From Polyangiales bacterium (GTDB taxonomy: Bacteria > Myxococcota_A > Polyangia > Polyangiales > Polyangiaceae), in assembly GCA_038230375.1 (NCBI GenBank), contig JBBRNJ010000010.1, forward strand, positions 77,471-141,470: DNA of 64,000 nucleotides, given 5' to 3'. How positions within the stretch are numbered: position 1 is the first letter of the stretch; every line of letters begins with the position of its first letter. This document shows, piece by piece, positions 7,819 through 17,967 of this stretch. Below the pieces are notes generated by a model that ran no database searches, was not told the DNA's origin, and saw only the letters and a list, made by a program, of their open reading frames with translations. The translations under genes and the position numbers were made by a program.

Positions 7819-9717
7819 CTACGCCTTCTTCGCAGCTGCACGTGACTGTGCGATGAGCGCGATCGCGAACGAGCCAGTCCCGAGCAACATCGCCAGCGAA
7901 AACCACAGCGAGACTCGCTCGGGCCAGGCGCGCGTGGCCAGCGCGGCGGCGATGAATGGGACCACGCTGATCGCAAGCCTTCGCTCGACCGCAATCGCGC
8001 CAGCACCCAGCGACGCTGCCATCACCCAGAGGTCCACGAGCATCGCCGTCTCGACAGCACCGCCCGTCAGCGCGCACGCGGTCCGATCAAGAAGCCAGAA
8101 CGCGAGAGCCATGAAGAAGAACGCGCCAAGCCGGCGGTTGAAGGCGCTCTTGAAAGCCCATCCGCGAATCGCGAAGGCGACACCACCAGTCAGGACCATC
8201 ATGATCCCGACCATCGCGACTGACACCCAGACATTGCGCTCGTCGGCCACGTTCGTATGAACCATGAAGGCGATGACGACACTGATGGCCGCCGCGCCCA
8301 GCACAACGGCGAGCCGCGGCACCAGACCGGCGCTCGGATCCACGTCTCGACCCAGCGCCTCCAGCCGTCCCGCCTCGCTCCGCTGGGCCATAAGGTTTGC
8401 GCGCACGTCCGCCACCCGCTTTTCGAGCGCGGCGTCTGGCACTGCGAGCTCGTCCAGCAAGGCGTCGGCACTGTCGACGTGGCCCTGACGCAGCTCGAGC
8501 TCCACGAGCGCGGTGACGGACTCGCGCGCCCCTGCGTTGGCTTCCTCGTGGGTCGGGTACGAGCGCAGGCACTGCGCGAAGCCAAACCGGGCCTCCGTGA
8601 TCAGGCGGTATGCCGCCGTCAGGTTCGTGGGGGCAGCATCGGGAGGCGCGGAAACCATGAGCTCGCGGAAGGCGGAGAGCCGCTCACGTGCCGCGTCCGA
8701 GAGCTCCAGCGCCGCGCGGTTCTGCATGAAGGCGAGAATCACGTCTCGAAACTCCTCGGCCGACTGCGGTCGCTCGTCGGGCGCGCGCCTCGTGGCCCGG
8801 TTGCAGAGATCTGCGAGCTGCGAGGGAACGTCGGGCCCGTAGACCACCGCAGCGGATGCAAGGGCCGACTCTCCCGCTGCACGCAGATCGTGGTCGGCAT
8901 GACGGAGCGCGCCCGTGAGCACGTTGTGAAGCATCGCGCCGAGCAGGTAGACATCCGTGCGCTCGTCCACGACGCCACCAAGAAACATCTCGGGAGCCAT
9001 GAAGCCGGGGGTGCCAACCAGGAACGACTCCGCAGGCCCCTTCTTCGTCGCGATGCCCCAGTCGAGCAGGTAGACCTCGCCGAAGCGCCCGACCATCACG
9101 TTCGCAGGCTTGATGTCACGATGGATGACGCCGCGCGCGTGCGCGAAGTCCAGCGTGCGGCTCACCTGCAGGACGATCTCCAGCTTCGCGGTGAGGCGGT
9201 CGACATTCTTTCCCTGACGCCCGAGCCAGATCGGATGGTCCGGCGCCGCCAGCAGCTCGCTGAAGTCCGCGCCTTCCACGCGCTTCATCACCAGCAGCGG
9301 CTGGCCACGCGAGTCCACGCCCAGCGCGTGAACAGGGACGACGCCCGGATGCTCGAGTGCACCCGTGGTGCGCGCTTCGCGAAGAAGCGCGAGTGCTAGC
9401 TGGTGGGGCGCGCCGTCCTTCAAGGTCTTGACCGCAACGTCTCGCTCGAGCGATCGCTGGCGCGCAAGGTGGATGCGCCCCATGCCACCCTCGCCGAGGA
9501 TGCTTGTCAGCGACAGGTCGCTAGCGGCGTTCTGCGGCGCCGTGGAGTCCATCTGAAGGGAGACATGCGGGAGCGCCGCCACGGCGATTGTCGCAGCGAC
9601 CGCTTGCTCGAGCGAATCATGGCGAATCGTGTTCGCGAGCCATGCCGCGCCTGGTCCCGCAGGCAATTCGACCGTGGCAAGGCGTGTTTCGAGCATTCGT
9701 TCGTCGGACGCGGTCAT
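7819..9717 (-). CDS. Ser/Thr protein kinase with a C-terminal multi-pass membrane domain
   Basis: LGEGGMG, VAVK, HRDIKPAN, DWG, GTPGFMAPE; four to five hydrophobic helices at the C-terminus. Confidence 0.92.
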   Translation of the reverse strand: MTASDERMLETRLATVELPAGPGAAWLANTIRHDSLEQAVAATIAVAALPHVSLQMDSTAPQNAASDLSLTSILGEGGMGRIHLARQRSLERDVAVKTLKDGAPHQLALALLREARTTGALEHPGVVPVHALGVDSRGQPLLVMKRVEGADFSELLAAPDHPIWLGRQGKNVDRLTAKLEIVLQVSRTLDFAHARGVIHRDIKPANVMVGRFGEVYLLDWGIATKKGPAESFLVGTPGFMAPEMFLGGVVDERTDVYLLGAMLHNVLTGALRHADHDLRAAGESALASAAVVYGPDVPSQLADLCNRATRRAPDERPQSAEEFRDVILAFMQNRAALELSDAARERLSAFRELMVSAPPDAAPTNLTAAYRLITEARFGFAQCLRSYPTHEEANAGARESVTALVELELRQGHVDSADALLDELAVPDAALEKRVADVRANLMAQRSEAGRLEALGRDVDPSAGLVPRLAVVLGAAAISVVIAFMVHTNVADERNVWVSVAMVGIMMVLTGGVAFAIRGWAFKSAFNRRLGAFFFMALAFWLLDRTACALTGGAVETAMLVDLWVMAASLGAGAIAVERRLAISVVPFIAAALATRAWPERVSLWFSLAMLLGTGSFAIALIAQSRAAAKKA

Positions 9718-9786
9718 GCACCGAAGATACCCCGGTCACGAGGAACGCGCATGGACGAGCCCATCAACTGGCCGTACGCTCGGTTC

Positions 9787-11499
9787 GTGACGTTCCTCTA
9801 TGGCGACTCCACGATGGCTCCCTTCGACGAGAACTTTCTCGAGGCGCTCCGCGACGCCATGGACTTCGCGGCGGCGATCGCAGAGTCCGATGAGAAGATC
9901 GTCACCGCCGACGCGCGCAAGCTGGCCTGCACCCAGGCTGCCGACGCCGAGGCCGCGCGCCTGGAAGGTCTCGCGCGCGCCATGCTCGACGCAGCGTCCG
10001 GCGCGGAGAAGGGTCAGGCGAGCTCGCCCACGAACGCGCTTGCAGCGGCGCTCACCGCGGTGGTGTCGGAGCGCCACCGCGACGCGACGCTGGCAGTGAC
10101 GGCGAAGCTGACGGAGGATGTTCGCGCGATCGACGTGGCGGCGCTCAACGCTCAGAGCCGATACCGCGACGCGCTCGAGGTCTACCTGCTGCTGCGGGAG
10201 CCTCCCGACGCCCAGAGCCAGCTCACGCTCACGCTCACTTCGGGTGGCAAGAATGACGATCACTACGACGCGGCGACGACAGGCTGGTCGGACCTTGGCC
10301 TCACGTGGGAGATCGAGCATGCCGTGCCCGAAGGTGGGCCATGGTCGAAGGCGGTACGCGTGGACCGCGTGCTCGCAGATGGTCTCTCGATAAAGGCCCC
10401 GCAGAAGTCGGGGCTCATCAAGAAGGAGGTGAAGGTCAAGAAGCAGAAGCTCGACCGACATCTCGTCACGAAGCTGGTCGACGACGGCAGCACGCTGTTC
10501 ATCGAGCTGCGGACGGAGCTCGGCGGGGACACGGGCCTGGATCTTTCGGTGCAACTCGAGAACCGCGTGACTGCCGCGCGGGTTGGTCCGGAGGGCGAGA
10601 TGGGAATCGGCCCCTTCGACGTCGACCCCGGCGACATCGGCCCGCTCGTTTCCTTCGCCGAGAAGCTCCGGGAGACGTCTCTCGCGCTTCCGCGGAAGCG
10701 GCTTGTGTCCGCGCTCTTCGATGGTGCGCCGTTCGACGGCAGCGCAGCGGAGCATCAGCCGAAGCTCGTGGCGATCGTGTCCAGGCTCGTCGCGAAGCTG
10801 GCGCCAGTCGTCGCGGAGATCGCGGCGCGCTCGCGTGCAGACGACGAGCTGGTCCTGCGGCGCTCGCTGCGCGATGGTCACCGCGAGGAGATTTTCCTGC
10901 CGAAGGGGATGCTCCGCGGCAAGCTCGGCTCACTGGGTACCGCCCACGCCGAGCTGTTCGCGCCTCTCCGCCTGGAGGCGCCAGCGAAGGTCCCGGTGCC
11001 ATTCTCGGCGAATGAGCCGCCGACCATACCCACCGTGCGCTCCAAGGTGGCGTCGTCGATCCCGGTGCCCACCGGCGGCCTCTCGCGCCCCGCGCTCCTC
11101 GTGAAGCGCGCCGTGCCCGCGCCGCAGCCAGAAGCGCCGCGAGCGGAAACGGACTACGTCGCGTTGTTCTCGAGCGCTGCGTTCGCCACGCGAAGCGTCG
11201 ACGATCGGCGCGAGGCCCTGCGGAAGATGATCTTCGCGGAGCCCTCACCCCAGCCAGGCGATGAGATGCGCAGCGCCCATCAGGCGGCGGTTGCAGCGCT
11301 CCAGCTCCTGATCGTGGAGCACCGCGATCCAGCCGACTACGAGATGCTCGGGCTCGCGTACAACGCCATCGGCGAAACCGGACAGGCGACCGAGATCTGG
11401 AAGAAGGCGCTCGACCTGGAGCGAGCGCGAAACCCCGAATCCGACCTGTGCTCAAGCTTGCAACGGCGCGTAGGCCCCCCGGCAGCCAGCGGGACTTGA
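9787..11499 (+). CDS. Hypothetical protein with C-terminal TPR
   Basis: Probable GTG start at 9787 (VTFLYGDST...) within ORF 9403..11499; C-terminal TPR-like DYEMLGLAYNAIGETGQATEIWKKALDL. Start uncertain. Confidence 0.7.
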   Translation: MTFLYGDSTMAPFDENFLEALRDAMDFAAAIAESDEKIVTADARKLACTQAADAEAARLEGLARAMLDAASGAEKGQASSPTNALAAALTAVVSERHRDATLAVTAKLTEDVRAIDVAALNAQSRYRDALEVYLLLREPPDAQSQLTLTLTSGGKNDDHYDAATTGWSDLGLTWEIEHAVPEGGPWSKAVRVDRVLADGLSIKAPQKSGLIKKEVKVKKQKLDRHLVTKLVDDGSTLFIELRTELGGDTGLDLSVQLENRVTAARVGPEGEMGIGPFDVDPGDIGPLVSFAEKLRETSLALPRKRLVSALFDGAPFDGSAAEHQPKLVAIVSRLVAKLAPVVAEIAARSRADDELVLRRSLRDGHREEIFLPKGMLRGKLGSLGTAHAELFAPLRLEAPAKVPVPFSANEPPTIPTVRSKVASSIPVPTGGLSRPALLVKRAVPAPQPEAPRAETDYVALFSSAAFATRSVDDRREALRKMIFAEPSPQPGDEMRSAHQAAVAALQLLIVEHRDPADYEMLGLAYNAIGETGQATEIWKKALDLERARNPESDLCSSLQRRVGPPAASGT

Positions 11500-11525
11500 G
11501 GCGTCGGGAAGGCTATTCTTCCCGC

Positions 11526-12167
11526 GTGGACCCGAAACGCCGCTCCGAGAAAGAGCTCCTGGAGCTCACGGCCCGAACGCTTGCGCACTACCAGAAGAAC
11601 GCTGCGTCGTTCGCCGAGGCGACTGCGCTTCACGACGTATCGCAGAACTACGCGGCGCTCCTTGGTGCCATCAAGACGTCGCCGCCGTCTCGCATCCTCG
11701 ATCTCGGGTGTGGTCCCGGCCGCGACCTTGCGTGGTTCAAGTCGCAGGGCCACGAGGCGGTGGGCCTGGACGGTTCGCTCGCCTTCGTCGAGATGGCGCG
11801 CAAGGCCACGGGCTGCACGGTCCTTCACCAGAACTTCCTGGCGCTGGAGCTCCCGCCCGCGCACTTCGACGGTGTGTTCGCCAACGCCTCGCTCTTCCAC
11901 GTACCCGTTCAGGAGCTCCCACGCGTGCTGCGCGAGCTCCACGACGCGCTGGTGTCGGGCGGCGTTCTGTTCTCCTCCAATCCGCGCGGACTCGACACCG
12001 AGGAGCAGAACGGGGAGCGCTTCGGTGCGTTCCACACGCTCGAATCGTGGCGCGTCTTCGTGGAGGGCGCCGGCTTCACGGAGGTTGCGCACTACTACCG
12101 TCCGGCCGGAAAACCGCGCGAGGAGCAGCCGTGGCTCGCGACCGTGTGGCGCGCGCTTCAGAGGTAG
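11526..12167 (+). CDS. Class I SAM-dependent methyltransferase
   Basis: ILDLGCGPGRD motif I; FDGVFANASLFH. Confidence 0.9.
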   Translation: MDPKRRSEKELLELTARTLAHYQKNAASFAEATALHDVSQNYAALLGAIKTSPPSRILDLGCGPGRDLAWFKSQGHEAVGLDGSLAFVEMARKATGCTVLHQNFLALELPPAHFDGVFANASLFHVPVQELPRVLRELHDALVSGGVLFSSNPRGLDTEEQNGERFGAFHTLESWRVFVEGAGFTEVAHYYRPAGKPREEQPWLATVWRALQR

Positions 12168-12799
12168 CCACGCTCCAGCGCCTTGAGGACCGCGCGCGTG
12201 CGGTCCCGTACGCCGAGCTTGGAGAGAATGTTCGACGTGTGGTTCTTCACCGTGCCCTCGGCCACGCCCAGGGCGTCGGCGATCTCGCGGTTGCTCATTC
12301 CCGCAGCGATGAGCCGCAGGATCTCGATCTCGCGCTCCGTCAAGGGATCCGCCGCTCCGTCCAGCGCATCGAAGTCCAGTCCCTCGTCGCGGACACGGTC
12401 ACGTGCGCGCGCGCTGGTGGCCTTGATCAGGGTCTTCCCGGCGGCCACTGCGCGAACGGCCTCCGCGAGCTCCTCCAGCTCCACGTCCTTCAACAAGAAT
12501 CCCGCGATGCCGGCAGCGATGCCCTCGCGCAGCGCCTCGTCGTCGTCGAATGTGGTGAGGAGGATCGTTGGCGGCGCGAAGCCTGCGGCCTTGCACCGAC
12601 GTAGTGCCTCGATGCCGCTGCATCCCGGCATGCGTACGTCGAACAGCGCCACGTCAGGCCGTGCGCTCGCGACCTTGCGAACGGCCTCTTCGCCGCCCGT
12701 GGCCTCCTCGACGACGCGAATGTCCGCGGTCAGATCGAGCAAACCGCGGATGCCCTTCCTCACGAGCGCCTGATCGTCCGCCAGCACGATCCGGATCAT
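12158..12799 (-). CDS. NarL/LuxR-family response regulator
   Basis: REC domain (LADDQ, FDVRMP, LTTFDD, LLKD) plus LuxR HTH (LTEREIEILRLIAAGMSNREIA...TVKNH). Confidence 0.95.
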   Translation of the reverse strand: MIRIVLADDQALVRKGIRGLLDLTADIRVVEEATGGEEAVRKVASARPDVALFDVRMPGCSGIEALRRCKAAGFAPPTILLTTFDDDEALREGIAAGIAGFLLKDVELEELAEAVRAVAAGKTLIKATSARARDRVRDEGLDFDALDGAADPLTEREIEILRLIAAGMSNREIADALGVAEGTVKNHTSNILSKLGVRDRTRAVLKALERGYL

Positions 12800-13959
12800 G
12801 CGCTCGCCTCTTCGTTCGGCAGCGTGGCGCGCATCGTGAGCCCGCCGCCGTGCTGCGAGTCGATCACGAGCGTTCCCTTCACCTCGGCGAGACGCTCCTC
12901 CAGGCCCAAGAGCCCGCTGCCCTTCGCGAGCGCGCTCGAGCCCACGCCGTCGTCGCGGACGGTGAGTACGATGCCGTCGTCATCCACCACCTCGATCCAG
13001 ACGTGCTTCGCGTTCGAATGGCGGAGCGCGTTCGTCAACGCCTCCTGCGCACATCGAAAGATGGCGTGTGCGCGCGCGGGGTCGGACAGGCGGAGCGAGC
13101 GCGGCAGCTTGAGCGTCACCTCGGGCTCGGTGATGCCGGCACACAGCGCGCGGAGGGCGGCGCCAAGGTCCACGCTGGCCTCCGAGCGCATCGTGCGCAC
13201 CAGGCCTCGTACCTCTGCCAGCGTGCTCTTCACGGCTGCCTGCGCTGCGCTCAATGCTTCCTGCTTCGCTCCGGAGGCTTTGGCCTCGTTCGCGTCGCCC
13301 GCGCGCGCCGCCAGCTGGAGATGAAGGCTCGCCGCCGTCAATCCGTGGCCGATCGCATCGTGCACCTCGCGCGCAACCCGCATGCGCTCACCAGCCTTCG
13401 CGTCGTCCGCGAGCAGCGACTGCGTGGCGTAGAGCTCCGCGTTCACGCGCGCGAGCGCCTTTCGCGCCGTCGCCTCGCGCTCGCGAAGGTGCAACACGAG
13501 AAGCGCGAACAGCGCGAATGTCGCGTACTCCCCTGTGGCCTTCGCGGCGCCCGGCACGCCGTGCGAAGGCAGCACCATGGGGAAGAGCACCGCGGCCTGC
13601 ACGATATCCCACGCGAGCGCACGCCCTGGCTTCATCAGCGACGGCGCCTGCGCGGACACCAGCGCGAACGCCGCGCCCTCGAAGTGGGGCATCCCCAGGA
13701 AGCAGAGGAGCACGGCGACCGCCGATTGATAGAGGAGCAGCGCGCGCCGCCGCTCGAGCGACACACGAGGGGACGTCGCGAGCAGCAACGCCGCGGCGAA
13801 CGATGCGTACGCGACACACCACACCACGGGATGCCCCGACCCCACGTCGCCGGGCGCGCTCCGCAGAAGCGTCCACGAAGGCGAACCAACGACGAGCCAC
13901 ACGACGAGCCCCACGAGGCGTAGGAAGTCGTCGAGAAGCCTCCCCGCGCGCGAAACCAT
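12796..13959 (-). CDS. DesK/NarX-type (HisKA_3) membrane sensor histidine kinase
   Basis: N-terminal TM helices; EVHDAIGH H-box, QEALTNALRH N-box, DDGVG and GSGLLG G-boxes; ATGA overlap with the regulator. Confidence 0.92.
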   Translation of the reverse strand: MVSRAGRLLDDFLRLVGLVVWLVVGSPSWTLLRSAPGDVGSGHPVVWCVAYASFAAALLLATSPRVSLERRRALLLYQSAVAVLLCFLGMPHFEGAAFALVSAQAPSLMKPGRALAWDIVQAAVLFPMVLPSHGVPGAAKATGEYATFALFALLVLHLREREATARKALARVNAELYATQSLLADDAKAGERMRVAREVHDAIGHGLTAASLHLQLAARAGDANEAKASGAKQEALSAAQAAVKSTLAEVRGLVRTMRSEASVDLGAALRALCAGITEPEVTLKLPRSLRLSDPARAHAIFRCAQEALTNALRHSNAKHVWIEVVDDDGIVLTVRDDGVGSSALAKGSGLLGLEERLAEVKGTLVIDSQHGGGLTMRATLPNEEASA

Positions 13960-14068
13960 CGTCGCCCGAGGTACTACGCGCCGTCCCCACGGTCCAGCGC
14001 AGCGCTTTTTTCGGGACCCATGACTTTCGGCACATGTGACGTTTCGGGTCGATTCGTAGGGTGGGCGC

Positions 14069-14542
14069 ATGAAAACAACTCGCTCGCTCCTTTCCTGCCT
14101 CCTGACGGCCCTCCTTCTTCTTGCCTTCGCGAAGAACGCCCGTGCGGACGACGCGCAGCCCGCGCAGACCTCCGGCGCAGCGGAGGTACGACCCCCGCAG
14201 AGCCCCGTGGGCGCCCAGCCATGGCAGCGCCGCAGCACGCCGCTGGTCGTCGGTGGGGTCACGGGCGTCGTCGTTGGCGTCCCGTGGACGCTGCTCGGCG
14301 GTACGGTGACCGCGCTGTGCCTTACTACGGCGCGTGGCAACCTCGATCCGCGGGCACCTGCGGACCAGGGGCACTGCTATTCGACGGTGGGCTTCACGTT
14401 GGCCGGGCTCGGCCTCGTCTCCGGGGGCATCATCGGGATCTTGTACGGCTCGCAGCGCGTGCCCGTCACGGAGGAGCGATCGTCGCTCGTGCCCAGCGTC
14501 GCGATCGGCCCGCGTTCTGGCTCACTCACGTGGCAGTTTTGA
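14069..14542 (+). CDS. Secreted/membrane hypothetical protein
   Basis: Signal peptide ending ARA-D, two Gly-rich hydrophobic helices, C-terminal GSLTWQF. Confidence 0.7.
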   Translation: MKTTRSLLSCLLTALLLLAFAKNARADDAQPAQTSGAAEVRPPQSPVGAQPWQRRSTPLVVGGVTGVVVGVPWTLLGGTVTALCLTTARGNLDPRAPADQGHCYSTVGFTLAGLGLVSGGIIGILYGSQRVPVTEERSSLVPSVAIGPRSGSLTWQF

Positions 14543-14583
14543 GCGTAGTGTCCGCATTCCTGCGGGCGGAAAGGCAAGCAGCC

Positions 14584-15609
14584 ATGAGGTTCTGGAAATT
14601 CACGCATATCGGTGCGCTCGCGCTCATGCTGGCGAGCTGCAACGGTGATCTCGATCCGAACGCACCGGCGTGGCAGCAGATCTCCACCGGTACGCTGTCG
14701 GCGCGCTGGGGGCAGGTCGCGGTGGATGATCAGCGCCGTGATCGCATGCTCGTCTTCGGCGGTGATGACGGCAGCGCCTCGAACGCGCAGCTGGGCGATC
14801 TCTGGGCGCTCGACCTCACTGCGCTCACGTGGGACAAGCTTCACGTGCAGGCGGGCGCGGCGCCGTCTCCCCGCACGGACCTCGCGAGCGCGCTCGATCT
14901 CTTGCGCGACCGATGGATCATCATGGGTGGGCGCGTGGGTCTCGGCACCTCGATCGGCGAGACCTGGGCCCTGGACCTGAAGACGCTCGCGTGGAAGCAA
15001 TTGCCGGATCTGCCCACGGCACGTCATGACGTCCCCGCCACCACGGATGGCGGGCGCGCATGGGTGTTCGGCGGCGCAGGCGTGCTGTTCCAGTCGCTGG
15101 ACGATCTGTGGGAGCTCGACTTCGCCACGGACACGTGGACGCAGCTGCCGGACGACGGTGTGCGCCCACCCGCGCGCGGCTCCAGCTCGCTCGCGTACTC
15201 GAGCGGCTCCATCTACATGTTCGGCGGGCATGACGTGGCCGTCGTCCATCGCGACGCATGGCGCTACGATCTCGCAAAGAAGCGCTGGTTCCAGCTCGAA
15301 CCAGGCGGCGCTCCGGTCGCGGGCGCGCATTTCGGCTATGCGACCGATCCGATCTGCAACGAGCTCTTCCTGTCCGGTGGCGACAACCTGGACAACTTCG
15401 ATGTGGCGTTCACGGATCGGCTCGTGCTCGGTGGCTCGCCTCGGTTCGCCCGCGTGCACACGTCTGCCATGCCACCTCCACGCGATCACGCCTCGCTCAT
15501 CGTGGACGGCGGTCACCGGCGCCTCGTGCTCCTTGGTGGCGGCTCCCTGGGTGACGGACTGGGGCTGCGCGGCGATGCATGGATATATCCGCTGGGAGCG
15601 TGCCCGTGA
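14584..15609 (+). CDS. Kelch-repeat beta-propeller lipoprotein
   Basis: LMLASC lipobox; repeated FGG...DLW.LD...W Kelch units. Confidence 0.88.
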   Translation: MRFWKFTHIGALALMLASCNGDLDPNAPAWQQISTGTLSARWGQVAVDDQRRDRMLVFGGDDGSASNAQLGDLWALDLTALTWDKLHVQAGAAPSPRTDLASALDLLRDRWIIMGGRVGLGTSIGETWALDLKTLAWKQLPDLPTARHDVPATTDGGRAWVFGGAGVLFQSLDDLWELDFATDTWTQLPDDGVRPPARGSSSLAYSSGSIYMFGGHDVAVVHRDAWRYDLAKKRWFQLEPGGAPVAGAHFGYATDPICNELFLSGGDNLDNFDVAFTDRLVLGGSPRFARVHTSAMPPPRDHASLIVDGGHRRLVLLGGGSLGDGLGLRGDAWIYPLGACP

Positions 15610-16265
15610 GCGCGCGCGGAGCCGTTCGCACGCTAGCTCGCGTGCTCGCGTGGTCGGTGGCGCTTCTCCCCCTCGCGGGCTGCTACTCGTTCTCCAACTT
15701 CGGGCGCGCACGCGTGGTGGATGAAGGGCACGTGGAAGCGTGGGTTGCGCCCGAGGCGCTCATGGCGACCAGCGGCAGCGGCATGTCCATCCGGCCCATC
15801 GCTGACATGGGTGTCCGTTACGGCCTCACGCGCTCTGTCGAGCTGGATGCACGCGTGACGTCTGCCGGGGGAGCCCTGGGGCCAAAGCTGCAGCTCTTGC
15901 GAGCACCCTCGCGTTCGTCGGGACTGGATCTGGCGCTCGCGCCCGCGCTGTCGTTCACGTACGCGGACAAGGTGGCAGCGGAGCTCCCGCTCCTTCTGGG
16001 CATCAACCTGCCGCACAGGAACCAGCTCGTACTGGCGCCACGCGTCGCCTACCTGCAGCGCTTCGGCGTGCCCGGCTTCGATCGGCCAGTGAGCTTTGCA
16101 TTCGTGGGCGGTTCGCTCGGCTTCGCATGGTCCGTCACGCCCAGCTTCACGCTCATGCCGGAGCTGTCGTTCCTGACGCAGCTCTATGCCGAGCCTGGGT
16201 TCAACAGCAACGTGGGCGGGGGCCTGGGCATGCAGGGCGGCATCGGCTTCCTGTACGACCTCTGA
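15606..16265 (+). CDS. Putative outer-membrane lipoprotein (beta-strand rich)
   Basis: GTGA overlap with the Kelch gene; LPLAGC lipobox; amphipathic strands ending GGIGFLYDL. Confidence 0.7.
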   Translation: MSARGAVRTLARVLAWSVALLPLAGCYSFSNFGRARVVDEGHVEAWVAPEALMATSGSGMSIRPIADMGVRYGLTRSVELDARVTSAGGALGPKLQLLRAPSRSSGLDLALAPALSFTYADKVAAELPLLLGINLPHRNQLVLAPRVAYLQRFGVPGFDRPVSFAFVGGSLGFAWSVTPSFTLMPELSFLTQLYAEPGFNSNVGGGLGMQGGIGFLYDL

Positions 16266-16277
16266 GTCTACGCGCGA

Positions 16278-16904
16278 TCAGCGGCGAATCAGGCCGTGCT
16301 CCTCGCGGATGGCTGCGTTCTTGGCCTCTGCACGCACGAGCGCCGGACGCGCGGCAAGGCGATCCATGTATGCGGAGAACGAGGGCCGCGCCTCGATCAT
16401 CTTGAAGCCGACCATGAAGCGCAGCGTGCCGCCCAGGATCACGTCGGCCATGGAGAACGAATCACCCAGGACCCAGTCCTTGCCAACGATCGCGCTCTCG
16501 ATGGACGCGAGCATCGCATCGTGCGCGCCCCACCCAGCCTGACCTTCCTTGTACGTCCAGCCCGCGCCCTTTGCCATTGCGCCCGGCTCGATGACGGACG
16601 GCGCGAAGAGCGACCAGCGCAGGTAGGCGCCGCGCTTCGGGTCATCGGCCTTGGGCGCGAGTGTTCCGTACGAGTGACGATCCGCCAGGTAGAGCCCGAT
16701 GGCCGCGGACTCGGTGACGACGACGTCGCCCTCCGTGAGGATCGGCAGCTTGCCCATGGGGTTCAGCGAAAGGATGTCGGCGCTCTTCTGCGCGCCCTTC
16801 ATCAGGTCGATGAAGCGGACCTCGTAGGGGACGCCGACCTCCTCGAGCATCCAGACGACGGTAGCCGCGCGAGAAAACGGGTGATGGTAGAGGACGATCG
16901 ACAT
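16278..16904 (-). CDS. Glutathione S-transferase family protein
   Basis: SRAATVVWMLEE, LNPMGKLP, TESAAIGLYLAD, FSMADV. Confidence 0.93.
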   Translation of the reverse strand: MSIVLYHHPFSRAATVVWMLEEVGVPYEVRFIDLMKGAQKSADILSLNPMGKLPILTEGDVVVTESAAIGLYLADRHSYGTLAPKADDPKRGAYLRWSLFAPSVIEPGAMAKGAGWTYKEGQAGWGAHDAMLASIESAIVGKDWVLGDSFSMADVILGGTLRFMVGFKMIEARPSFSAYMDRLAARPALVRAEAKNAAIREEHGLIRR

Positions 16905-16939
16905 GGGACTCCGCCTTTCGGAGGGCGCGAGTGTACCAG

Positions 16940-17488
16940 CTATGCGGAGAGCAGTCGCGCTTCCACGAGCTCCGACTCCATGACCTTGTCGCCAACGGTG
17001 ACGTAGAGCTTCCCGTCGTTCCGTGCGATCTCGAGCTTGAGCCGCCGAGCCATCTGGTCACCAAGCGCATCCAGAAACGCACCGTCGAGCAACCACACGA
17101 CGATGTCATCGATCTTGTGGATCGGGCGAGTTGCGGCCTCGCGCTGCAGCGACGCGAGCGATGCGTGACTGAACAGCACGACGCGCCCCGCCGCCTTCGA
17201 AGCCTTGTGCAGGCGCTCGGCGGAAGGGGAGCCCACGTCGATCCACGCAAGGCGCAGGCCCGTCGGATCGTGAATGGACACAGGCGGCTCGTCCGTGTCG
17301 GACAGGCCGCCCTTGCTGAACGCGATGCCATCCTCGTACGAGAGGCAATAGGCGAACGTGCGCGTCAGCATGTAGCGCATGCTCTCCGACGGATGACGCG
17401 CGATGCGAAGGTCCAGCGCCTCGTAGACGGAGCGGTCCACGTCCGACAGCGTCACTTCGAGATGGTAGATCGTCGGGGACTCGGCCAT
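16940..17488 (-). CDS. yaeQ: YaeQ family protein
   Basis: LSDVDRSVY, ARHPSES, FSKGGLSDTDEP, WIDVGSP, RLHKASK. Confidence 0.9.
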   Translation of the reverse strand: MAESPTIYHLEVTLSDVDRSVYEALDLRIARHPSESMRYMLTRTFAYCLSYEDGIAFSKGGLSDTDEPPVSIHDPTGLRLAWIDVGSPSAERLHKASKAAGRVVLFSHASLASLQREAATRPIHKIDDIVVWLLDGAFLDALGDQMARRLKLEIARNDGKLYVTVGDKVMESELVEARLLSA

Positions 17489-17535
17489 GGGTCGCCACTT
17501 CACCACGGCAGCCGCGCAAAGTATTGCGCCGTCGC

Positions 17536-17564
17536 TTGACGAGAGCCGCTCCACGTTGTATTCA
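17536..17564 (+). promoter_or_regulatory. Sigma70-type promoter for arsR-SRPBCC
   Basis: -35 TTGACG (17536-17541), 17-bp spacer, -10 TATTCA (17559-17564). Confidence 0.7.
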
Positions 17565-17592
17565 ACCTGTAGGTTGTAAACCATTGGGTTTA
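17563..17592. promoter_or_regulatory. Tandem palindromic operator (AACC-N4-GGTT x2), probable ArsR autoregulatory site
   Basis: CAACC-TGTA-GGTTG (17563-17576) and TAAACC-ATTG-GGTTTA (17577-17592), in an AT-rich patch between the -10 and the ATG. Confidence 0.75.
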
Positions 17593-17598
17593 ATAAAG

Positions 17599-17967
17599 AT
17601 GACCACGAACGATCTCAGCGCCACGTTCTCTGCCCTAGCGGACGCCACGCGTCGCGACATCCTCGCCCGCCTCGCCACCGGTGATGCCACGGTGAACGAG
17701 CTCGCAGAGCCCTACGACATGAGCCTTGCCGCAGTCTCGAAGCACCTCAAGGTGCTCGAGGGGGCCGGCCTCATCTCGCGGGGGCGCGATGCGCAGTGGA
17801 GACCCTGTCATCTGGAGGGCAAGCCGCTGCGCGAGGTCGCGGAGTGGGCCATGGGCTACGAGCGCTTCTGGGCCCGCAACCTGGACAGCCTCGGTGCGTA
17901 CCTGGAAAAGCTCAAACGAACGGCCGCGCCGCACACGACGAAAAAGAAGAGGAGAACTTCCCGATGA
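17599..17967 (+). CDS. ArsR/SmtB-family transcriptional regulator
   Basis: FSALADATRRDIL, SLAAVSKHLKVLEGAGLI, QWRPC. Confidence 0.93.
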   Translation: MTTNDLSATFSALADATRRDILARLATGDATVNELAEPYDMSLAAVSKHLKVLEGAGLISRGRDAQWRPCHLEGKPLREVAEWAMGYERFWARNLDSLGAYLEKLKRTAAPHTTKKKRRTSR

